Assembly: GCA_030141605.1 (NCBI GenBank) | Contig: JAQGDQ010000416.1 | Coordinates: forward strand, 124,001-188,000 | Source of the DNA: Tubiluchus corallicola | Lineage: Eukaryota; Animalia; Priapulida | Direction: 5' to 3' | DNA length: 64,000 nucleotides | Part shown: piece by piece, positions 1-10,860 of the stretch | Numbering within the stretch: the stretch's first letter is position 1 | Layout: each line of letters begins with the position of its first letter | The notes under the pieces: model-generated | Told to the model about the DNA's origin: nothing | Databases searched by the model: none | The model's input: the letters and a program-made list of their open reading frames with translations, nothing else | Program-made: the position numbers and the translations under genes

Positions 1-2
1 AG

Positions 3-176
3 AGACTCCGGGAGAGGATAGCCACTCTAGAAACCCGCAATACGTCACTCAGTTTAAAAATGTCTCAACAGCAATGGGAATTGGAGCACAGACTATCCGA
101 AATCGAAATACAGATCACCGGAACTGATGGCGGAAGTAGCAGTACAGACGAAAAAGATTTGCATTTATTTACCTAG
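3..176 (+). CDS. Probable terminal coding exon of an unidentified coiled-coil protein gene (5' part outside the window)
   Basis: Frame 3 is open from the window edge: RLRERIATLETRNTSLSLKMSQQQWELEHRLSEIEIQITGTDGGSSSTDEKDLHLFT-TAG(174-176). It shows a heptad-like L/I pattern. Family not recognised. Confidence 0.55.
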   Translation, partial: RLRERIATLETRNTSLSLKMSQQQWELEHRLSEIEIQITGTDGGSSSTDEKDLHLFT

Positions 177-2939
177 TTAAAATTTCCCTTACCGAATATC
201 CGTTTAGACGGACATAAATATACAATAAAGAGTGACCAAGGGTGTTGCCACACTGGCAGAGAATGTACCAAAGAGAAATAGTTCACAAAAGAAGCAAAAG
301 AAAAAGAAGACAGAGCGAAAAATTAATGTTCTTGAAAGTGAAAAATAGGATTCCACGGTGAAGAGACACATAAACATGTCCGCGACCGCAGAAAATGTGC
401 CAAAACGAACAGGCACAGTGAACATGTTTATGAACACAGCTGTTCATAAGAGTAAAGAATGAACAGCTGTTCATAAGAGTAAAGCATGATCACTATGTTA
501 ACATATTCACTAAATTATAGAAAATACCAGAATGGGCAGACCCAATAAACGAGGACCGAGAAGGAGCTAGGATAACAAAATTTAATGACATAAATAAGCT
601 AAACTCGGCGAAGACGTTAATGAAAATAGAAAAGTGCCAGAACATGCTGATCGACCTTCTATATTCATAGCATCAGTAAAAACATCAGGAGACAAAACCA
701 GCGACATGGCGATAAGAAATGAACATCTTAACGAGAGCTGAGAAAGTCCCAAAACAAAGATTCCCAAAACACATGTTATCGAATGTGGCAAATGATTACA
801 GACCAGCTGAAAATGTTCAATAAATTAAAAAGCATGTATATCAGAGATTGGATCACATGCCTACGCCAGGATTAAAGTGTTCAAATGAGAAAAAAGGCAC
901 TGCGTGGTATTTCACTTGATAAAGTGTGTTTCTGGCACACTATAAGCGATTTCTTGAACATCTTAACTAGAATGAAAAGTGGACGACACTGAATAACAAG
1001 CCAATGAACGCGCTCTTAAGAGCAAAAATTGCACTCAAACTAGGAGACTTGGTAAATTCAGATTCAAAATTGAGGTGGAACGCGGCAGAACGCAGTTGCA
1101 CTCATTAAAACGTCTCGTTTGTTAATAATTGACCAGTATAAGAGTTCATGGAGCGAATCTCTTGAGCTTACAATCATGTCCAAGACTTCTTAGCACCTGA
1201 TAATTCTTTTTTCGATAATTTTACTACGAAATAAGTAAAAGCAAATGGCTGTAACCAGGCACACAATTGTCATAAAAAATCAAATTTTTGTTCTAACTTA
1301 AATTTCTTGCTCATTTTCATTTGTTTGTTGTTTTTGCATTGAAGTACGCATCGAAGAACGGATTGATGACACGTTTAAAAATGATGAAGATTTCTCGTGA
1401 TGTTCCTTCACAACATACGCAGCCTACACACGCTTTTTATTAGAAGCTGGTTTGTTATGAAAAAACGGTTTTTTAATACGGGCTGAATCAAGGTTATAGG
1501 CACCGCAGTATATCGGTGTATAGGCCTCATCTTTACTTTTGTATCAAATACCAAAGGCATGAGGTCCCAAACACTTTTATTTCTTTGTGCCTGAGGACTC
1601 AAAATAACACAAAATCTATAATAAAGTGGACTTTGATGAGGTGCCCATTTTTATTTCATTATTTAATGCCAGCAGGGTCCTAGTGCCTAAAGCCTCACTA
1701 TTATTTGGAAAAGCAAAGATGCAGCCTCAGACCCCAACTTATAGATGGGGCCTCAGGCCTCACCCGTTGATTCACTGCAGCACTGTAGACCTGAGCTTTA
1801 TTTGTAAACAACATTTGCTACATATACAGGCTTATAACAATTTAACTTAATGTGGGTGTGACATATATAGTGCAGACCCTATAAATTCTTATTTTTACAT
1901 GGCTTACTTTTTTGAACGAAATTGTACCTCGTCAGCAACATAATAGGTTTCAGTATCATCGCCTTTCATTCTAAAATTCATTTTTTCTGTCACTACAATC
2001 TAAGAATACAAAGAACAAGCTTTCTAAAGTCCCTACAGTCCAATGTTCGAACGTTTATTAAAACTGAAGCCACGAATTTCTATAATCAGCAACGTTCATT
2101 AAGGAGAGCAATTAATCTACAAGTTTGATCATCAATAATGAAAAACCATTTACAATTCGTAGCCATAAAAATATACTTCTACTAAAAGCGGTGTGTATGT
2201 ATCATTAAAGGCAATATTTATGAAAATACTGCAATGCTACCACATACCCTTGGCGACAAATAAAATCACAACAATAAAACTATTTATCGTAATGAGCCTG
2301 TTTACTGTTTTATAGTGCGATAAAGTTGGGTTAACGTGCAGGATTAATGAAACTGAAGCAAAAACAGGAAGCAAAGTGATAACAATTTCTGTTAATTAAA
2401 TTATCAGTATTAGAATTAATTTAAATTCTGATGAAACCATCAAATTGTACAAAACACAGAATGTGCTCCAAAAAAGTAATGTAAATTTTTCATGCGCATT
2501 TTAATACACATGCAAGTAAGACAAGCAAGAACAGTCAAAAAGAATACATTCACCCAGAAAGAAATAACCGCTGTTGAATTGCTAACTGCATGCTATTTGA
2601 AGTCAAATGTAAAGTCAGTGAATGAAAGTTGAATCTTTGTCGTGTAAAAATGTTAAAATTTGAAACACTTCGTACCTTTATAAGATAAACGATCAGCTAA
2701 AACAAAAATAATTTGAGTTTAACAAAGCAACTTGCCAATTTGGCGTCAGTTTTCAAAAACGTTTCAGCAATTAATAAACGCAAGTTGTGTTTGAAGAGAT
2801 ATTTGTATGGTCTCGGTAATTACTGTTGCATCAGTGTTTGCAAATTTATTAAGGCAGTGTAATGCATGCAAACTTAATACAGTAACGATTTACATGGCGT
2901 CGCCGCATAATTTATGATGCAAATGTTGAACGATCAAAC

Positions 2940-3585
2940 CAACTCGTATTTGCAATTGACGCATTCTGTGAAAATCTCAACTTTATCGAAAAAAATCAAA
3001 TGTAACCCCACGAGTTATAAGAACATCATGAACTTCCGTTTATTTTCTCATAAATATAACAGGGCTTTATGGATTTGTAACACTAACAGGCAGTAACACA
3101 CATCTAATGAATGAAAAGTATGAGAAAAACGCAAACCGAGCATAGTAACTAAATAAATTTTCGCACGTATCATTTAAGCAAATAACTGTGAAAGCACACT
3201 GAACTGTTGATTATTTAGAAAGGTTTTTAAACCATGAACCAGTAATTAAACCTTGACTGCATCACGAACTGCAACCTTTAAAAGTTTGTTGCTGATTCAT
3301 GAATTTAAACTCTCTCTAAACAATCAACAGTTCAGTGTGTTTTTACAACTATTTGCTTGTAATTAAATAATACATACAGTTATTTTCTTGCTGTTCACTA
3401 TCGGTGAATATATTTAGCTGTACTTTCATTCATTATTTCTTACTGACTGCTACAGACAAGACTCTAATGGTGTATGTGAGAAAACTCAGCATGTTCTTAT
3501 ACGTCACGTATAAGATGTTAGATGTTTTTAGATGTTTTTGATGTAACAGCTACTCCGTAAATTTGATCGAATTGCAAAATAGGTT
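2940..3585. mobile_element. Decayed fold-back (long inverted repeat) MITE
   Basis: Mirror-image arms, e.g. aagcaaataactgtgaaagcacactgaactgttgatt (~3177-3212) vs aatcaacagttcagtgtgtttttacaactatttgctt (~3322-3358), and taatgaatgaaaagta vs tactttcattcatta. Boundaries approximate. Confidence 0.65.
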
Positions 3586-5025
3586 AATAAACAAAGCCTA
3601 GATTCGCCGCTACGTTGCCCAAAAGAGCAACGCAGGTGTACTTAATATTAATATTAGTTCTAACATTATCCAATGTTGGTTGTTTATTTCTAATTTACGA
3701 AACAACTGACTTTTTGCTCATGTATTATTTTAAAATATACTTTGCGTGATATTTATTGGTCGCATAACTTTTTTAAGGTCAAAAAGCAGGCGATTTAAAG
3801 CTTCGCCTAGACTTTGGATATGTACCAAAGTCAGTTCGTCTTGCAGAATGCATGAACAGTTGGTAATGAATTCTAGGCTTAGTCGCGAGATTAGGTCTAC
3901 CATGATTATCTTTGTTGATGTGTCTTTTGCGTGCAATATGTTGCAAATGCACGACTTAAAATGTCCCTAACACAGGAAGAAAAAAACAATTTCTTGTTGC
4001 GGAGAAATTGCCGTGTACCTGCTGCTATATGACATACAAGTTTGTGAATCACGCTATCTCATGCCTTCAATATCAGAACAGATCACTCATATGGTAAACC
4101 TCGTGAAACAATATTTCTGATTTCTCTTGGTGATTCCATAAAATTGAGGCAATTCCAACACTATTAGAAGTTCAAAGAGTGAGTTAATAGACCTTATAGT
4201 CCGAGTTTAATAAAGAAATCCTTCTACAGCTTTAGGATTTTCATGACTGAGTAGGCGTTGCCAAAAAAAACTTCAGCTACCCTGCACAAAACAAATTGAA
4301 TGTTTGTACATTATATTTTTGGCAAAATAACTGACTAGACATCAATAATTAAAAATAAAAGATTTGTCGTAAGTTTTGTAATCTCTATGGCATAGTGTAG
4401 GACTAAGTTCTTGGCGCTAAAGAAATAGATTGTTTGATACTGAAAAAGCTAAATGTAAAGCACATTTTCTTTTAGCAAAAGAAAGATACAATGTAAAAGT
4501 GTTAAACTTGCAACGTAATTGCAACTAATGTAGATATTTTCTTTAGAAAACTATGTTTTTATGGCATATAATATGAAAAGAACACGTAATGCATAACGTG
4601 CATAACACGTACCGTGTTACCATGATACTGTGTGAAAACTGGATATTTTAGAGAACTTTGGTAATATACAGTCATTATATAACAGTGTGAACCAACATAA
4701 TTTGTTGCATTTTGTTTAGGCGCGTTTTAATATTTTCAAGTGATTACGTTTTTGTATAAACCTTACTTGCAATTCTCTTACTCCCTTGTAACTCCTGTTA
4801 GGGGACTGCAACCTTTAAATAAACTTACTACTAATAATAATATTAACTAGTAGGCCAACAGTGCGGCGCCTTGAAGCCTAGAACATGTGCTGTGCAACAG
4901 CTAAACAGTAGCAATTAACAATCGCATTAAACACCAATGAATAATTGAAAATATCAGAAAATCTCAGTAAATTTCTTCCACGTTTGCAAATACGAGTGAG
5001 TACGTACAAATAATTTAGTGATCAA

Positions 5026-5075
5026 TAGTAGCAATACTAGTAACAATTTGTTAGTAGTAATAGTAGCCGGCAGCA

Positions 5076-5125
<50 letters not shown>

Positions 5126-5272
5126 GGTAGTAGTAGTTGTAGTAGTAGTAGCAGCAATAGTAGCATCAGCGCGATCAAAATTTCAAAAAAATCTAATTTG
5201 ATCAGTTGAACTTTCAAATTTTGATCAACTGAACTTTCAAATTTTGATCAGCTAAGCTAACAAATTTTGACC
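5026..5272. repeat. Compound (TAG)n/(CAG)n microsatellite followed by ~22-bp tandem repeats
   Basis: Direct reading: CAG and TAG runs at ~5026-5170, then aa(t)tttgatca(g/a)(t/c)tgaactttca-like units at ~5196-5272. Confidence 0.9.
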
Positions 5273-6176
5273 AACGATATATTTATTGTTCTACTTGTGT
5301 TATCAGAGATAGTGCACCGTTTTGCTGTAAAACAGGAGTGGCTCCAAAAATAACCATAGCAACAAAGAAGCGTATGCAGACAAAGGGCATTATTGCCTGG
5401 TGCAGCCTACACTGGGGAGGCTGGGGGTTATACGCTAACTGAACAATAGATGCGTGCCAGCCGGCATAGTCTGGCAGGCACGATTATCTTTGCTGGGTAA
5501 GGTTAGGTCAAAAAAAGCGCTGTGTTTCTCTAACTGATCCAGATTGGGGCTTGAACATCTGCTTTCCCTCATCAGGGACGCTTCGCCGGGTGTTGAGTCC
5601 AGTTGTGTTTACCTCAGACGGAATCAATGTCGAATTAAAGGTATGTTCACTTATATTAATTATTAAAAGATTGTTTTGTTTTAGTTAGATTCGCATATTA
5701 TGTTGCTGCACTTGCAGCATTACTACCACAGCCGTGTTTTTTTTTACATTAATCAATGTTTACTTTTTTGCTATAATAGTTTTGTTGCAGTAACTGCAAA
5801 AAACAGTAAAGACGGAGACCTATAATATCACATTTTTTCCCATTTAATTAACATCACTTGCTACTCGGAAAAAATTCAAAAATGTCCGTATTTAATAATG
5901 TAGTAGTATATTGTTATTTACTCTACGTCTGCTGCATTTTCATCCATGCAAAGTAATAATGAAATTTAATTAAATCGTAATGAAAATTTATGTATTCAGA
6001 TACTGTAGGTGATTGTAACTTAGCAAGCCTAAAGCTAATATTAACAAGCCAAACAGACCTCTATGTACAAGTACATTGATAATTGTCACTAATGAGTATT
6101 AGTCGCGGAATTAAAACATTTCAGACTTTCGCAGATCCAGCAGACTTATGCTTATCGCAAACCCGAGAACAATAGT

Positions 6177-6377
6177 AATTAGTTTATGATGTTACGAACA
6201 CACAATTAATTAAATTTGATGCCAAACTTGATAGACAGGATATGTGGAAAAGTTAAAATGAAGCCTGGATTTGAACCAGGCAGAGACGCAAATCCAAGCT
6301 GCATTTCAACTTTTTACATTTCCGGTCTATCAAGTTTGGTATCACATTTACAGGGGTTCCTTACATCATTACTAATT
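6177..6377. mobile_element. Fold-back MITE-like inverted repeat
   Basis: tgatgccaaacttgatagac...aaaagttaaaatgaagcctggatttg vs caaatccaagctgcatttcaacttttt...gtctatcaagtttggtatca, around a ~15-nt spacer. Confidence 0.65.
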
Positions 6378-6729
6378 TTTTGACAATAAAATTATATCAA
6401 TTACTAGTCGCTGTAGCTAGCTTACTTATGCATTATTTAGCTAAGAATAAAATATAAAGTTTTTTAAATGTAGGTTAACGCTAAAAATCTATAGGGCTGA
6501 CATTTTTAAAATACAGAAATGTATATCGTGCTCTCATTAAGTAACTTCTTCAAATACGAAAGGAAACCGAGCCTATATACAATGACAACAAAGAATTCTG
6601 TTAAGCCTAGAAATAAACTTTTGTGTGTTGTGATGCTATCTATATACAGGCAGTGTTGTTGTCATATATCCCCGTGGGCTCATTATATGACAGAAGAATA
6701 GAAAGAGCTCTTCAAACCGACTTTCATTT

Positions 6730-7135
6730 CCGCCTCGCATAAAAAAGATGGGGGCGGAAGATCAGCAAGCTGAGAGCCTGTGGGTTTCCTTTGTTATCAT
6801 TGTTAAAATTTAAAACCGACACTGTTTGCCCAAAAGAGGAAATGCGTAATATCTCCAACTGCATTGAAATTAAGCTTTACATTAAGAGGTAAAGCGAGCA
6901 GGTGAGACGGTAACGATTAGCTGTAGATTCAGTAAATAGAGTTAACTTAATTGAAACAACTGGAGAACGCAGTTGTCAGAAAACGATAAATTTTTCGCAG
7001 TTTGCAGGTTGCCTTCAGTCGCAGAACGCGTGCAGGTCGCGCGTCAGTAGTTCAGCCTAGGGGGCGGTGATGCGTCACACTGGGAGTCCCTGGAGGCGCA
7101 TTTTGCTCACGAATGTAGGTCTACGTCATTCATTT
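6730..7135 (+). promoter_or_regulatory. GC-enriched putative promoter/enhancer upstream of the mae-like gene
   Basis: GGGGCGGAAG (GC box overlapping an ETS core, ~6751), GGGGCGG and TGATGCGTCA (~7061-7077), TACGTCA (~7122). Candidate 5'UTR donor CAG|GTGAGA at 6902 and acceptor ttttgcag ending 8640. Motif-only inference. Confidence 0.3.
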
Positions 7136-7368
7136 TTATAATGTCTCAGGTATACTTTTTTTCTGGGAAATCAGTGCAAAGTCGCATGCAGTTAAGTAAC
7201 ACATAGAAAAGTGAGTTCATTTCTAGATCTCATTATTTTAAGCTGATTAGTGCCCTACTACTTGTTGACCTACCTATATTCATGTATTAGTTATTACGAT
7301 TTAATTACAATTTCTTGCAAATTTGTAAGTACGTATACCTGTTTTCAGAGGGTTGGGAATAAAAACTA

Positions 7369-7544
7369 CGAAAGTGTATTAGGGCTATGATATCCGATTA
7401 TAAAAAATCTGGTTATAACCAAATTTTTTACAATTAAATGGTAAAAAAGTTTGTTATAACCAGATTTTTTTATAATCGAAAGGCAAAAACTTGCTTATAA
7501 CAAGATTTTTTGTAATCGGATATCATGGCCCAAATAAACTTTCG
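7369..7544. mobile_element. Palindromic MITE with TA flanks (Tc1/mariner-type TSD)
   Basis: ta|cgaaagtgtattagggctatgatatccgattataaaaaatct ... agattttttgtaatcggatatcatggcccaaataaactttcg|ta: ~50-bp TIRs. Confidence 0.8.
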
Positions 7545-8795
7545 TAAAAAACGGCAGAGCTAATGCAAAATATTTCTCAAATAATCTCCCTTGTAAAAAA
7601 AACTAAAGTACCGTGCACTTTCGTTACTGTTTTCGTTATGAGATGAATGTAAACGTAATATTAACTACATGTAGTAAGCAATTGCAGGAACAACTTTGTA
7701 ATTTATTACCCTTACCAATACCGTTGTAACAGTTTTAATTTACACCGAGATTCAATAAAGTGATTTTAATTTAGCGGATAAATAAATATTTGCATGTGAT
7801 ATATTTTTAATTACTGAACAGGTTGTTCGAAAAATTTTATCTGTTAACTAAGATGGTAAACGTCGCATGAATGTCGGAAGTCATACTGTGTGTCAAAACT
7901 ACCTTCTAGCAAAATTGTTCTTTTACTTTTGTAACGCTCGAGAAATCGCACTATTGCAATAAGTTTGGCTTCAGATCTAGAACGAAAACATAATTTCGAT
8001 GGTGTTAGGCTTTGTTTAAGGAAGTAGTGATTTACAGCTAGTGGGGATATTTCTAACTTAGTTTTAAGATAACGCAAGAGGTAATTTGAACCTAGGTTAG
8101 AAATACGCCGGTAATTTAAAACTGGGTTTGAATGACCAAGTTGGGATCGTGGTGTAATGAATAAGGGATATATTAACTGGTACACCTGCATTATCTTTTT
8201 TTCTCGAAATTCATTTTTTATTTAGTATGGCAGTCTAAAAAATACATGCAGAATAAGAGAAATTAATATAACGAATATTAAATTCAATGTTTTAAATATA
8301 AATCAGCATTTTAAATAATGGGCACATTTAATTGACAGTGCTTGTGGCAGCATTATCCGTTTTACAGCGCGACTAAGAAAATAAGACATTTCTGCCGATG
8401 GCTCATAGTAATAATGATAGATCATGACCAGTGGTCAACCCCACCGTTGTGCTTTACTTTATAAATTACAATTGTCTAATTTATCCTTGTATTTTTAATT
8501 TCTCTTTTTCCTTCTTTTTTGTTTCATATTTAATAGCTAAATCCCTACCGTAAACGTACATGTGACAGCTGTAAGCTACTAACATAAACGTCTGGTTATA
8601 ATCTTATATAATCTTACACCTTTCTTTCAATTTTTTGCAGAGACAAAAAATACCCGAGTGGAAAATGACCAGCAACTGCGCGCAACCAATACTATGAAAA
8701 AGCCACAGGAAGATCTGTTTTCCTAAATATAAGTGTAAATCGCGTAACAACGTTGTGTACAATTTGCAATAAAGAACTAACACAGTAATAAAACA

Positions 8796-10860
8796 ATGAA
8801 AGCTGAAGCTAAGGCGCCCATTGCGCATGCTCATCCTGCTGAACCTAGGCACAGTTTCACCATCCACTACACCGGTGAGAGAGCTATGGATCTTTCTCCC
8901 ATCTGGAGGAGAAGAGCGAAGGGTGGAGACAGATGTGTCGTACCCGTACATGGGAATGAATTCTTGCTAGCCAGTAGAACGAGAAAGGCGGTTTATAAAC
9001 AGTCATATGAAAAAAAACTTCCGAGATTGCAATCTGCATTGCAGAATATCAACACCAAGTAAGCCATATAATTTTTATTTACATATTACCTCGTAGCCTT
9101 GTTGCTTTCCCTCTTTAGTACATATAATTTTCACTGTCGAGTTTAAAACAGGCTGCTAATATACCCAGGGCCTATTTCAGCCTAGGCGAGGCCCGGGGAA
9201 GTGGGGCATATGAGGCCCCATCAGGGGGGGGGGCGAAGCGCCGGGTATCGGGCACTACCATGTTTGGCGCCCAGAAAATTTTTGAACTGCTAGAACGTTG
9301 GAGAAGCATTTTCGAAGAGAAATTATGGAGTTATACAGTTGTTAAAGGAAAGAACAATTGAAAGAAAAAACTGCTTTATTCTCAAGACCAGTCCTTAATA
9401 CTTGTCAATACTGGCAAACGACGCGCGTGCGGCAAGAGAAAGAGGAGGCAGTATGTTCGCATAAAGCAAAAAAATGATACCTTGGCGCGAGGCCCCCTGG
9501 AGGGTGAGGCCCCGCGGGGAAGTATCCCCACTCCCCCCCCTTGAAATAGGCCCTGAATATACCACATGCCTGCACTAACAAAAGTGAAGGTAAATGTGGT
9601 CAATATGAAAAGTCTGATGATGAAGTGGTAACTATCAGCCCCTTCACCCCAAGCAGTGATTGATTCATTGACTTGCTTAATTTACTTTAATGGACAAGTA
9701 CTTCGCTTGTCATTTTGCTTGGTACGTAGTTGCAGGATGTTATATAAATTTACAACAGTGTTGAAAATTCTTACTGTAGGTATTTACAAATGCTGGAGGT
9801 TGGTGATAAAAAGCGGCTATGCGAAGGAGCTCTGAATTTATCTAAAGGTAGGTCTTCACTTTTTGCAATTTTTCATGTGCACATATTATCTAACAAGCAT
9901 TTCACGCGTCTAACATAATACTAACATTTACATTTAATTACTGTTTTACAAGTTTATATTTCGTGTTTTATAAAAAATCTTACAAAATGTTACCGATAAG
10001 CTGTTTTTTAAATGAATAAATGAGCTTCATTCATTACATCATTCCATTTTAAGCACTAATGTTTTTTTTTTATCACGATTCACTTCAAATTTTCAGATTA
10101 TCTCCATTACTTTTTTTTTCTATCACTGTGTGGGACAATCTAACAAGCCCTGCTTTTTGATTGCCCGCAACACATTTACCTTCGTGTATAAGTGAACAGT
10201 GTTTGAGGCTTTTCCTGTGCAGTATTTCTTATTTGTATTATATCCATTGTAGGCCCTTTCACTAGATGTGTAAGGTGAAATAAATGACTTATGACTTATC
10301 CCAGTCATAATTACATCTAAATCTGGCTAAATGATTGCGGATCAGATAAGCTAGAACTGATGTTGTTTTGAAGAATTTATAGTGTCTCATATATTTCAAA
10401 ACAGAATCCAAATAAAAAATATGTTTGTTAGAAAATTTAATGGAGGCAAATTCAGCAATATACCGTTACTGACACAGCCCGAGGTCATTCGGAAATTTTT
10501 GTTGCCAACAATACCACTATATTGAAAATGAAATTCATGTACACAAAGCAATTTAGCTGGCTGCACATGGGTACTGTACATACTACTCAAGACATGACAA
10601 CATTGGATTGTTAATACTGTTGTAATAATGCTTCTTGTGATTTAGATCCAAGAGAGTGGGACAGAGCAGAAGTGGTCCTCTGGCTGAAAGCCATGTCACT
10701 AGTCCACGGAATCGACGTCCTTCTTGACAGATTTCAAATGAACGGGAAAGCCTTGTGTCTTATGAACATGGACATGTTTGTAGTGCGGGTACCTCTTGGA
10801 GGTAAACTCCTCTTCAAGGACTTTCAACTGCGACTTCACAAGGCACTGCACAACGTATGA
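8796..10860 (+). CDS. edl: SAM/Pointed-domain-only protein, Mae/Edl-like (modulator of ETS activity), ~181 aa
   Basis: Exons 8796-9058, 9780-9847 and 10646-10860 are joined by GT-AG introns in consistent phase (546 nt). The last exon encodes DPREWDRAEVVLWL...RFQMNGKALCLMNMDMFVVRVPLGGKLLFKDFQLRL, closely resembling the Drosophila Mae SAM domain as I recall it, then stops with no ETS domain. The exon 1 start is less certain. Confidence 0.8.
9166..9555. mobile_element. hAT-type MITE in mae-like intron 1
   Basis: TIRs cagggcctatttca / tgaaataggccctg, with a perfect 8-bp TSD AATATACC at 9158-9165 and 9556-9563. Confidence 0.9.

Noticed and set aside
1480-1790. hAT-like MITE (gggctgaatcaa...ttgattcactgc)
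   Set aside because: TIRs are too degenerate and no TSD was found; probably an old repeat but the boundaries cannot be supported.
3730-4285. Possible minus-strand gene (ORF 3730-3936 plus splice-like sites at ~4018 and ~4281)
   Set aside because: The candidate exon has stops in all three frames and no recognisable domain.
4954-5217. Poly-Leu / poly-Ser ORFs
   Set aside because: Translations of a CAG/TAG microsatellite.
5558-5578. Minus-strand CTGATGAGGGAAAG hammerhead-like string
   Set aside because: No room for stem II; chance match.
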